This document shows, piece by piece, positions 28,042 through 37,902 of a stretch of 64,000 bases of DNA. Every line of letters begins with the position of its first letter. Within the stretch, counting starts at the first letter, position 1. Under the pieces are notes generated by a model. It made no database searches. It saw only the letters and a list, made by a program, of their open reading frames with translations, and had not been told where the DNA came from. The stretch comes from Rickettsiales bacterium (GTDB lineage: Bacteria; Pseudomonadota; Alphaproteobacteria; Rickettsiales; SXRF01), in contig JAOAUZ010000005.1 in assembly GCA_025464625.1 (NCBI GenBank), positions 203-64,202 on the forward strand, read 5' to 3'. A program made the translations under genes and the position numbers.

Positions 28042-28958
28042 TTTCCGTTACTGGCAACAAGCTCACATTCTCAGGAAAAGACTATCATTGCGCTATTGGA
28101 AAAAATGGTTTTTCTGCTGATAAAAAAGAAGGCGATGGCTGCACACCACTTGGAATTTTTTCACTGCGTGAATTGTGGTATCGCGCGGATAAAATCGAAA
28201 AACCAAAAACTAATTTACCAATAAAAATTATTCATGAAAATGATGGTTGGTGTGATGATGTTTCTTCGTCTGATTATAATAGGCATATTCTTCTCCCTCT
28301 CCCTTTGGGAGAGGGTAGGGGTGAGGGCGATTATGTATATTCTCCACAAGAATTAATAGAATATGCGCGTGCATTAAGAAAGGAATCTACATCTCCAGAA
28401 ATTAAGTTGTGGTCTATATTACGCAACCGTCAGATGAATGGGCTAAAATTTCGTAGGCAGCATCCTGTAGAAAAATATATCGCTGATTTTTATTGTGATG
28501 AATTGCGCCTTATTATTGAATTGGACGGTGAGTCACATTTTACAACTGAAGGAAAAGTTAGTGATGCTGTGCGTAGTAAGTTTCTACAAGAAAAAGGCTA
28601 TAAAATAATTAGGTTTTCTAATGAGGAGATTGGAGAAAGTCTTGAAGCTGTAATACAGAGTATCTACGCCATCACAGAAGAAAAAGCCCTCACCCCTGCC
28701 CTCTCCCAAGGGGAGAGGGAGAAGATACAAATTCCAAGACACGAAAAACTATGGCGTGATGACGATGTTTACGATCTGATTATTCCCATTGGCTATAATG
28801 ATTCGCCAGTTATTTCTGGCAAAGGTAGTGCCATTTTCATACATATTGCCCGTGATAATTATGAACCAACCGAAGGTTGTGTGGCGTTGAAATTACAAGA
28901 TTTACTGGAAATATTGCTGCTGTGTTCAAACGAGACAGTAATTGAGATAAACGACTAG
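28038..28958 (+). CDS. L,D-transpeptidase family protein carrying an in-frame DUF559 endonuclease-domain insertion (residues 85-229)
   Basis: Host parts: 'YHCAIGKNGF..KEGDGCTPLGIF' and 'GSAIFIHIARDNYEPTEGCVAL' (YkuD His/Cys motif). Inserted part: 'ARALRKESTSPEIKLWSILRNRQMNGLKFRRQHPVEKYIADFYCDELRLIIELDGESH'. Confidence 0.8.
   Translation: MISVTGNKLTFSGKDYHCAIGKNGFSADKKEGDGCTPLGIFSLRELWYRADKIEKPKTNLPIKIIHENDGWCDDVSSSDYNRHILLPLPLGEGRGEGDYVYSPQELIEYARALRKESTSPEIKLWSILRNRQMNGLKFRRQHPVEKYIADFYCDELRLIIELDGESHFTTEGKVSDAVRSKFLQEKGYKIIRFSNEEIGESLEAVIQSIYAITEEKALTPALSQGEREKIQIPRHEKLWRDDDVYDLIIPIGYNDSPVISGKGSAIFIHIARDNYEPTEGCVALKLQDLLEILLLCSNETVIEIND
28290..28724 (+). mobile_element. DUF559 (Vsr-like endonuclease) module bounded by 39-bp hairpin-bearing inverted repeats
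   Basis: Left IR 28290-28328 matches the reverse complement of right IR 28686-28724 at 37/39 positions. Each IR contains ccctctccc-NNN-gggagaggg. Total 435 bp. A related ORF-less doublet is at 50269-50354. Confidence 0.65.
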
Positions 28959-29018
28959 GCAAATTCTGCTTGCAGTTTATCCGCGCAGAAGCTAGCTTCC
29001 CAGAATATTTAGGGATAA

Positions 29019-30362
<1,344 letters not shown>

Positions 30363-30440
30363 AGTTTTTATTTGCTAGATGATGCTGGACAAAGAGTTTA
30401 TTTTCTGTCTATCGTCATCTATAAATAACTTCAAAAGTGA

Positions 30441-32462
30441 GTGCGTGTGAATCGTATCGCATCCGTAATAAAATCGATTTTCAGTGGCAGTGAGGCTGGT
30501 GCTGCACGAATTTCTGTGTCAAATGAACAGGAAATAAAGTTGCGTGCTGAGAATGAAAAACTGAAATCGGACTTAAAAATATTTTCTACTTTGCTCAATA
30601 TGTCGCCATATCCTATTTGGCAGCGCGGTTCTGATTACAACATCCGTTTTTATAACCTTGCTTATGGTGAAGCAGTAGAAGATTTATTGGAAAATGCAGA
30701 AATTGGTGTTGTTCCAGAGCTTGATAAACACGTTAGAATTATGTCGCAGCAGGCTGGAGGAACAGCAAAAGCAATTACCGACAGAAGACATATTGTAGTT
30801 GGTGGTGAGCGAAAATTATATGAAATCACCGAATTTCCAATTCCTGAAGAAAAAATGTTTGCAGGATTTGCTGTTGATTACAGCGAGATTGATAAATTAA
30901 AAGAAGATATCGCTAGGCATATTTCCGCGCAGGATGATTTTTTGGAAAGTTCAGCAAGTGCCATGGCAATTTATGGCGCGGATATGCGCTTAAAAACTTT
31001 CAATAATGCCTTTGTTGCATTGTGGAAATTTGATGAGGTGTGGCTTGATTCGCAGCCGACTTATGGTGAGATTCTTGAAGTTTTACACGAAAAACGCCGT
31101 TTGCCAGAACAGGCTAATTTCCATCTTTTCAAGCAGCAGCAGGTTAAATTATTTACTGGGTTGTTAGAACCACGAGAAGAATTTTTCTATCTTCCAGATG
31201 GCAAAGCCCTGCGTGTCATTGCCATTCCCCATGCGCTTGGCGGAATTCTATTTGCCTATGAGGATGTGACCAATCGTTTAGCACTTGAGCGTTCCTATAA
31301 TACATTGATTGCTGTACAGCGCGAAACTCTTGATAACCTGCATGAAGGTGTAGCGGTGTTCGGTGAGGATGGGCGTTTGAAACTAAGCAATCCAGGTTAT
31401 CTTCTGATGTGGCATTTGGAGCATGAATTTGCAAACTCTGAGCCACATATCCGTGAAATAATAGAGAAATGTAAGGAACTTTTTACCCCAGAAGATTGGG
31501 AAAATTTTAAGAGCCAGCATATTGAAGAATTGCAGACACGCGACTTCACATCAAGACGTATTGAGCGTTCTGACGGGAAGGTGATTGACTGGCGCAAAGT
31601 TCCGCTGCCTGATGGTGCTACGCTTATCACCTATCTTGATATTACAGATTCAACCTTGGTGGAAAGATCTCTGCGTGAACGCAATGATGCACTTCAGGAA
31701 GCTGATAAACTTAAAACAGAGTTCCTAGCCAATGTTTCGTATGAACTACGTTCTCCACTTACTTCAATAAGCGGTTTTTCAGAGATGTTGAAACAGGAAT
31801 ATTTTGGAGCGTTGTCAGAAAAACAGCGTGAATATGTCGAAGGTATTCATCAATCATCACAGCATCTAATGCAGCTTATCAATGATATTTTAGATCTGGC
31901 GGGAATTGAGGCTGGGTATATGCGTCTGGATGTTTCGCGTTTTGATATTTATGCAATGATGAAATCTGTATTGTCATTAATTCAGGAACGCAGCAAAGAA
32001 CATGAAATTACCATTAAATTTGAGTGTTTATCAAAAATTGGAAAAATGATAGGCGATGAAACGCGAATCAAGCAAATTTTATTTAACTTGCTTTCTAATT
32101 CGATAAAATATTCGCAGGAAGGCGGAAAAATAAAATTTGGTGCTAAGGAAATAGAATCTGGTGAGATTATGATGTGGGTGGAAGATGACGGGCAGGGGAT
32201 TCCTATTGAAGAGCAGGAAGCCATTTTCAGCAAATTCTACAAAGGTCGTAACCAAGAGGCGACTAAGGGTAAACCAAACAATCGCTCTGGAACAGGGCTT
32301 GGGCTTCCGATAGTAAAAAGTTTTGTTGAGTTGCACGGCGGGCGCATTATATTGTTATCTGCACCAGATAAGGGAGCGCGGTTTGAATGTTATTTCATGC
32401 GTGAAAACCCTGAGCTTAAACCACAAGAATCAAAACCAACAAGAGCAAAAAAAGCCGTATGA
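30441..32462 (+). CDS. divL: PAS-domain histidine-kinase homologue with Tyr replacing the phospho-acceptor His (DivL-like)
   Basis: H-box reads 'FLANVSYELRSPL' (TAT at 31740-31742). The N, G1, F and G2 boxes are intact ('LLSNSIKYS', 'VEDDGQGIP', 'GTGLGLPIVKSFVELHGG'). GTG start is uncertain. Confidence 0.6.
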   Translation: MRVNRIASVIKSIFSGSEAGAARISVSNEQEIKLRAENEKLKSDLKIFSTLLNMSPYPIWQRGSDYNIRFYNLAYGEAVEDLLENAEIGVVPELDKHVRIMSQQAGGTAKAITDRRHIVVGGERKLYEITEFPIPEEKMFAGFAVDYSEIDKLKEDIARHISAQDDFLESSASAMAIYGADMRLKTFNNAFVALWKFDEVWLDSQPTYGEILEVLHEKRRLPEQANFHLFKQQQVKLFTGLLEPREEFFYLPDGKALRVIAIPHALGGILFAYEDVTNRLALERSYNTLIAVQRETLDNLHEGVAVFGEDGRLKLSNPGYLLMWHLEHEFANSEPHIREIIEKCKELFTPEDWENFKSQHIEELQTRDFTSRRIERSDGKVIDWRKVPLPDGATLITYLDITDSTLVERSLRERNDALQEADKLKTEFLANVSYELRSPLTSISGFSEMLKQEYFGALSEKQREYVEGIHQSSQHLMQLINDILDLAGIEAGYMRLDVSRFDIYAMMKSVLSLIQERSKEHEITIKFECLSKIGKMIGDETRIKQILFNLLSNSIKYSQEGGKIKFGAKEIESGEIMMWVEDDGQGIPIEEQEAIFSKFYKGRNQEATKGKPNNRSGTGLGLPIVKSFVELHGGRIILLSAPDKGARFECYFMRENPELKPQESKPTRAKKAV

Positions 32463-33319
32463 ACCAGAACCGCTATATACTTACTCTTTCTTGTCCTGAT
32501 GTTCGCGGAATCGTCGCGAGTGTTACTGGGTTCTTAGCTGATAATTTGGGGTTTATTATTGAATCTGCGCAATTTGGCGATGAATCTACAGGGCAATTTT
32601 TTTTGCGTATTGAATTTTCTATTGAGCAAGGTGGTGTGAATCAGGATGCGCTAAAAAAGTTGTTCCATGATAAGGTTGCGAATCGTTTTGGTATGCAGTG
32701 GGAGATTTCTGCAAAAAACCATAAGAGTCGTGTTTTGATTATGGTTTCAACATTCGGGCATTGTCTGAACGATTTATTGTATAGGCAAAAAACGGGGCAG
32801 CTTGCCATCGAAATTCCTGCGATTATTTCCAACCATAGTGATTGGGAGCATGTGGCGAAATGGCATGAGATTCCATATTATCACCTGCCAGTTAATGCGG
32901 CAAATAAAGCACAGCAGGAAAAACAGGTGTTGGAAATTATCGATCGACATCAGGTTGATGTGGTGGTTCTTGCGCGCTATATGCAGATTTTGTCACCAGA
33001 ACTATGCGCAAAACTGGAGGGAAGGGCGATAAATATTCACCACTCATTCTTGCCGAGTTTCAAAGGCGCGAAGCCATATACACAGGCGTTTGATCGTGGT
33101 GTAAAATTAATAGGAGCGACGGCACATTATGTGACCACGGATCTTGATGAAGGTCCAATCATTGAGCAGGAAGTGGCAAGAGTTGATCATACGCACTTGC
33201 CTGATGATTTAGCAGCAATCGGGCGGGATACTGAGTGCGTGGCACTTGCCCGCGCCCTTAAATATCACATTGAGCATCGCGTGCTGCTGAATGGTAAGAA
33301 AACAGTCGTGTTTAAGTAG
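32459..33319 (+). CDS. purU: formyltetrahydrofolate deformylase
   Basis: N-terminal ACT domain 'ILTLSCPDVRGIVASVTGFLA', then 'NIHHSFLPSFKGAKPY' and 'GATAHYVT.DLDEGPII'. Confidence 0.94.
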   Translation: MNQNRYILTLSCPDVRGIVASVTGFLADNLGFIIESAQFGDESTGQFFLRIEFSIEQGGVNQDALKKLFHDKVANRFGMQWEISAKNHKSRVLIMVSTFGHCLNDLLYRQKTGQLAIEIPAIISNHSDWEHVAKWHEIPYYHLPVNAANKAQQEKQVLEIIDRHQVDVVVLARYMQILSPELCAKLEGRAINIHHSFLPSFKGAKPYTQAFDRGVKLIGATAHYVTTDLDEGPIIEQEVARVDHTHLPDDLAAIGRDTECVALARALKYHIEHRVLLNGKKTVVFK

Positions 33320-33321
33320 TT

Positions 33322-34155
33322 ATGAAAAATAATCCAGAAGTCGCTGATATTGTCAAACGTGCATTGGCTGAAGATATTGGAAGTGGGGATGTAACGTCGC
33401 AGCTTCTGATTCCTGATAACCAACAAGCAGAAATGGCATTTGTCGCGCGGAATGATATGGTCGCTTGCGGATTATTTATTCCAGAGTTGGTTTATGCCCA
33501 GCTTGGTGGTGGCGTTAGTATTAGTGTTGCTGTTAAGGAAGGTGATGTTGTTGGTGAAAACACGGTGCTGGCGGTTGCAAAAGGCAATGCTCGCGCGCTG
33601 CTTGCTGGTGAGCGCGTTGCGCTTAATATTATGCAGCGTATGTGTGGGGTGGCAACTATGACGCATGTATATGTTCAGGCGGTAAGAGATACAAAAGCGG
33701 TAATTCTTGATACACGCAAAACTATGGTGAATCTGCGTGTTATGGATAAATATGCAGTGACTGTTGGCGGTGGAAAAAACCATCGTATGCGTCTTGATGA
33801 TATGGTGCTGATAAAAGATAACCACATAGCCCTGTGCGGTGGCATTAAACAGGCGGTGATTAAGGCACGGTCAGGAACTAAATTACCAGTAATTGTTGAG
33901 TGTGACACTTTGTCGCAGGTGCAGGAAGCGATTGCTGTTTCACCAGATAGAATTTTACTTGATAATATGGATAATGAAACTTTGAAAAGAGCTGTAACTC
34001 TAGTTGCGGGAAAAATTCCGCTGGAGGCATCAGGTGGTGTGTCGTTGGCAACAGTTCGGGCAATTGCCGAAACAGGTGTTGATTATATCTCCGTGGGTAA
34101 AATTACCCATTCGGTTCCAGCAGCAGATATTGGCGCGGATATAATATTCTCTTAG
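33322..34155 (+). CDS. nadC: nicotinate-nucleotide pyrophosphorylase (carboxylating)
   Basis: 'AL.EDIGSGDVTS', 'DTRKT...R...KYAV..GGG.NHR..L.D..LIKDNH'. Confidence 0.93.
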   Translation: MKNNPEVADIVKRALAEDIGSGDVTSQLLIPDNQQAEMAFVARNDMVACGLFIPELVYAQLGGGVSISVAVKEGDVVGENTVLAVAKGNARALLAGERVALNIMQRMCGVATMTHVYVQAVRDTKAVILDTRKTMVNLRVMDKYAVTVGGGKNHRMRLDDMVLIKDNHIALCGGIKQAVIKARSGTKLPVIVECDTLSQVQEAIAVSPDRILLDNMDNETLKRAVTLVAGKIPLEASGGVSLATVRAIAETGVDYISVGKITHSVPAADIGADIIFS

Positions 34156-34898
34156 AATCCAGTTTTAAATACCAACGTGCATACAGTTCCTAGCTGTGTT
34201 CTATCATAGTCTGTTGCACTGGTGGAACAAGAGCCAGTGGTGCCGTTGGCTTGGGCAACTATTTTGCCACTACCGGGAAGCTCATCATCAATTTTTCTAT
34301 CTATTTCCAGAGCCTCTAAAGTTGTTAAGACTGGGTTTTGACTATCGACTGTGCCACTGACTGAACTCTTTCCCAGCCATAATACATGGTTCGGTGCCAT
34401 GTCTGGTGCGGTGTAGGGGATTTCTACATAACCGCCAGCAATGTCCGTTAGTGTTACGCTGATAAGCCCCCATCCAGCAGGAGCAAGCTGTGATGCTGGA
34501 ACATTTGTTCCAACTACGCGGTCGCGAACGCCAGCAGAGCCAGCAACCCCAGTGAAGCTGCCTTTAATCATTTCTGCTTTGGCAAGATGCTGCCACGCGA
34601 GAAATTGTTCGTCTAAACGTGTAGCAGAAATATTTACGGTAATAAGACCATTGCCATCACCGTTAGTAACGCCACTCCACACACTGGAAGCAGCAGCAAA
34701 ATCCCCAGGCAATGCTTGATATTTATCACGGAAATTACCAATTGCCTGTGTGTAGTTAGCAACCTCAGCGGTAATCGCACGCAGCCTTGAGTTACGCAAT
34801 AATGATTTTCCTACTATAACTCCAGCTACTAAAAATCCTATAATGACTACAACTATGGATAATTCGACGAGAGTAAATCCATTATTTTTCTTTTTCAT
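34152..34898 (-). CDS. type IV pilin-like protein (prepilin N-terminal cleavage/methylation domain)
   Basis: Start moved to ATG 34898: 'MKKKNNG|FTLVELSIVVVIIGFLVAG'. Shared 'FRDKYQALPGD' and 'IDRKIDDELPGSG' motifs and a C-terminal Cys pair. Confidence 0.8.
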   Translation of the reverse strand: MKKKNNGFTLVELSIVVVIIGFLVAGVIVGKSLLRNSRLRAITAEVANYTQAIGNFRDKYQALPGDFAAASSVWSGVTNGDGNGLITVNISATRLDEQFLAWQHLAKAEMIKGSFTGVAGSAGVRDRVVGTNVPASQLAPAGWGLISVTLTDIAGGYVEIPYTAPDMAPNHVLWLGKSSVSGTVDSQNPVLTTLEALEIDRKIDDELPGSGKIVAQANGTTGSCSTSATDYDRTQLGTVCTLVFKTGF

Positions 34899-34900
34899 GT

Positions 34901-35701
34901 TCAAAATCCCAAAATAAACAGCAATGAGCACGCTGTCTCCGCGCTATAACCAGTGTTATAAGTTGCTGAACTCTGCGCGCTGTCATTAGTGGTGCAGTTA
35001 GCTTCTACAGCGGTTCTCCTAGCGCGTATAATACCACGCCCAGGTAGCCCATCATCAATTTTTGTATCTATACTATAGGCATCAGCAGCTGATAACACCT
35101 CGGCATTTGTTACACTAGTAGTGTCACCGCCAAAGGCAAAAACATGCCCATAATTATCACCCCATAATGTAGTGGTAGTCGCTGTGTTGAGGTAATTATA
35201 CAACGTCCAGCCAGATCTTGCTTTGAGTTTTGATTGCGGAACATTTAAGCCGATACCAGCGTCACCATCGGTTGCGGATTCTTTTACACCTGTGAATTGT
35301 CCAGTAATTAAACCAGCATCTGCCAGTTGCTGCCAAGCGCGAAACCATTCGTATGAATAGGTAGTGTCAAGAACTCCTGCCGTGCTGCTTGAGCCAATAC
35401 GTCCGTTGCCATTGCCATTGCAGGTTACAATTTTAGGTGTTGTATTGGTTGTTGTCGTGGGACAGCCTGTATCCGACCCCCAGATGGTTTCAGCGTTGCT
35501 CATATCACCTGGTAAAGCTTGATATTTATCGGAAAATTCTTTTATAGCTTTGACGTAGCGGTCATAATCCCCCATGACCTCGCGCAGCTCGGCAGAGCGT
35601 ATCAATGACTTTCCTTCAAAAACCCCAGCAACCAAAATTGCGATAATCACCAGAACTATGGATAATTCAACTAATGTAAAACCTTTGTTTTTCAAAATCA
35701 T
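34901..35701 (-). CDS. type IV pilin-like protein (prepilin N-terminal cleavage/methylation domain)
   Basis: 'MILKNKG|FTLVELSIVLVIIAILVAG', 'FSDKYQALPGD', 'IDTKIDDGLPGRG', and a C-terminal Cys pair '..ANCTT....TACSLLF'. Confidence 0.8.
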   Translation of the reverse strand: MILKNKGFTLVELSIVLVIIAILVAGVFEGKSLIRSAELREVMGDYDRYVKAIKEFSDKYQALPGDMSNAETIWGSDTGCPTTTTNTTPKIVTCNGNGNGRIGSSSTAGVLDTTYSYEWFRAWQQLADAGLITGQFTGVKESATDGDAGIGLNVPQSKLKARSGWTLYNYLNTATTTTLWGDNYGHVFAFGGDTTSVTNAEVLSAADAYSIDTKIDDGLPGRGIIRARRTAVEANCTTNDSAQSSATYNTGYSAETACSLLFILGF

Positions 35702-35796
35702 GTATCCCTATGTAAAATAATTAATATAATAATAAATCATTTTGTCGTTACTGCAAGCCTTGCTTTGCAAGTTATTTATGTGTAAATTCCTTGTTT

Positions 35797-36258
35797 ATGA
35801 ACAAGACAATCAAAGGTGAATGCTTGCCACATAGCATATCAAACATTGAAGAAAAATGCACGGAAAAAGGCTTAAAGATGACAGGTCAACGCCGTGTTAT
35901 CGCTAAAGTAGTTTCTGAGTCTGCCGATCATCCCGACGTTGAGATGCTATATCAGCGTGCTGTTGCCATCGATCCACACATCAGCATAGCCACGGTTTAC
36001 CGCACGGTGAAGCTTTTTGAAGAGGCAGGCATTACCCAGCGTCATGATTTTGGTGATGGTCGCGCCCGTTATGAGCCAGCCAGTGATGAGCATCATGATC
36101 ATCTGATTGACCTTAAAACTGGAAAAGTTATTGAATTTACTAGCGAAGAAATAGAAGTTTTACAGCGTGCTATTGCCAAAAAACTTGGCTATAAATTGGT
36201 AGATCATCGGCTGGAACTTTATGCAGTGCCTCTCAGTGCTAATTCATCAACGAAATAA
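35797..36258 (+). CDS. Fur family transcriptional regulator (Irr-like: HHDH motif, no CxxC pairs)
   Basis: 'GLKMTGQRRVIAKV', 'SIATVYRTVKLFEEAG', 'EHHDHLIDLKTG..IEF', 'DHRLELY'. Assignment to the Irr subfamily is from memory of alphaproteobacterial Irr sequences. Confidence 0.7.
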   Translation: MNKTIKGECLPHSISNIEEKCTEKGLKMTGQRRVIAKVVSESADHPDVEMLYQRAVAIDPHISIATVYRTVKLFEEAGITQRHDFGDGRARYEPASDEHHDHLIDLKTGKVIEFTSEEIEVLQRAIAKKLGYKLVDHRLELYAVPLSANSSTK

Positions 36259-36267
36259 AGAGATGCT

Positions 36268-37119
36268 ATGCTGTTACAAAATACACAACAACAAGATGTC
36301 GTTATGCCCCTACGCAAGGTAGAATCACTTTATAATATCGCAGAAATACGCGCAGGAAATTTAGAGGTTTTTGTAACTCAGAATAGTGATGATGTTAGAG
36401 CTTCTCAAGCTTTACGTTATCAGGTGTTTTTTGAAGAAATGGGTGCAAAAGCAAGTGCTGAAACCATAGCAAGCAAGCTCGATGTAGATGAGTTTGATGA
36501 GGTATGCGATCATTTGCTAGTGATAGAACATCAGGAAACTGGTGATTATAAAGTTGTTGGAACGTATCGTTTGCTGCGCCGTGAAGCGATGAAAAAAATA
36601 GGGCGGTTTTATACAGATGGCGAATTTGATATTAGCCTTATCAAGCAATATAAAGGTGAAATTCTAGAAGTTGGACGTTCATGCGTTCATGCCGATTTCC
36701 GTAACCGCGCTGTGATGCAGCTTTTGTGGCGTGGAATAGGTGCGTATGTTGCGAGATTCAATATTGGTTTGATGTTTGGTTGTGCTAGTTTTCATGGCAC
36801 TGATCCGAAAGAACATGCTATGGAACTTTCTTACCTTCATCATTACCATCTTGCTCCGAAAGAGATTTGTCCGCGTGCTTTGGAGAGACGTTATGTGGAG
36901 ATGAATTTGCTTCCTAAAGAGGCTGTTGATGTTAAGGAAGCATTCTCCAACTTACCACCACTTATTAAAGGATATTTGCGCCTTAGCGGGTATATCGGGG
37001 CAGGTGCGGTGATAGACAAAGAATATAATACTACTGATGTAAGCATTGTGGTGAAGACAGATCTTGTTACCGAAAAATATGCCACTCGTTATGGTAGCGG
37101 CAAAGAAATAATTGATTAG
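36268..37119 (+). CDS. olsB: ornithine-lipid N-acyltransferase (GNAT/hemolysin-like)
   Basis: 'RASQALRYQVFFEEMGA', 'LDVDEFDEVCDHLLV', 'YRLL', 'PPLIKGYLRLSG'. Followed by olsA, as in other alphaproteobacteria. Confidence 0.8.
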   Translation: MLLQNTQQQDVVMPLRKVESLYNIAEIRAGNLEVFVTQNSDDVRASQALRYQVFFEEMGAKASAETIASKLDVDEFDEVCDHLLVIEHQETGDYKVVGTYRLLRREAMKKIGRFYTDGEFDISLIKQYKGEILEVGRSCVHADFRNRAVMQLLWRGIGAYVARFNIGLMFGCASFHGTDPKEHAMELSYLHHYHLAPKEICPRALERRYVEMNLLPKEAVDVKEAFSNLPPLIKGYLRLSGYIGAGAVIDKEYNTTDVSIVVKTDLVTEKYATRYGSGKEIID

Positions 37120-37124
37120 GCTTT

Positions 37125-37901
37125 ATGATAAAAGCTGCAATTAAGCTCCTTTTCCTTCTATTATGGATTTTCCTGTGTATTTGCTTACTGTGGATTGTGG
37201 GTAAAACAGGCAAGAAAAATTGGCGCGAACGCTTCTGTAATTTTGGCTTTGCAGTTATATGTTTAATTATTGGGCTGCGTGTACGGGTGGAAGGCGAGGT
37301 CGCAAAGATACGCCCGCTACTTCTGGTATCTAATCATATCTCGTATCTTGATATAATGATTCTCGGTGCGAAAACTCCTGCACTATTTACCCCAAAAAGT
37401 GATGTAGAAAAATGGCCAGTTATTTCTACTATCTGCCGTTTGCTTGGCTGTGTTTTTATAAATCGTACTAATGTTAAGATAAAAGAAGCTAGAGCGAAGA
37501 TGTATGATGCGCTTGCTGCTGGTGAAATAATATCGCTTTTCCCAGAGGGGACAACTGGCAATGGTCGCCATCTTCTTCCCTTCAAATCCAGCCTTTTTTC
37601 TATCGCTGAAGAAAAAATAAATATGGCGGATGGAGAGGAGCATGAATTATTCATCCAGCCAGCAATTATTAGTTATACAGCTATAGGTGCGCTACCGATT
37701 GACAGTACCCAATGGCCAGCAATTGCGTGGTATGGTGATATGGTTCTCGCGCCGCATCTCTGGCAATTGCTAAAGCTCGGAAGAATTGATGCAAAATTGA
37801 CATTCCTACCTGCTGTTACCTTGTCGCAGTTTGGTGATCGCAAGCAGCTTGCCACTTATTGCCATGATGTAACAGTTGAGGTGCTGCAAAAGCGGGAGTG
37901 A
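37125..37901 (+). CDS. olsA: lyso-ornithine lipid O-acyltransferase (PlsC family)
   Basis: 'SNHISYLD' (HX4D) and 'FPEGTTGNG'; immediately downstream of olsB. Confidence 0.75.
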   Translation: MIKAAIKLLFLLLWIFLCICLLWIVGKTGKKNWRERFCNFGFAVICLIIGLRVRVEGEVAKIRPLLLVSNHISYLDIMILGAKTPALFTPKSDVEKWPVISTICRLLGCVFINRTNVKIKEARAKMYDALAAGEIISLFPEGTTGNGRHLLPFKSSLFSIAEEKINMADGEEHELFIQPAIISYTAIGALPIDSTQWPAIAWYGDMVLAPHLWQLLKLGRIDAKLTFLPAVTLSQFGDRKQLATYCHDVTVEVLQKRE

Positions 37902-37902
37902 T

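Noticed and set aside
35797-35860. N-terminal 'GECLPHS' of the Fur/Irr-like protein as a heme-regulatory motif.
   Set aside because: The canonical HRM is Cys-Pro; here Cys is followed by Leu-Pro, so the resemblance is too weak.
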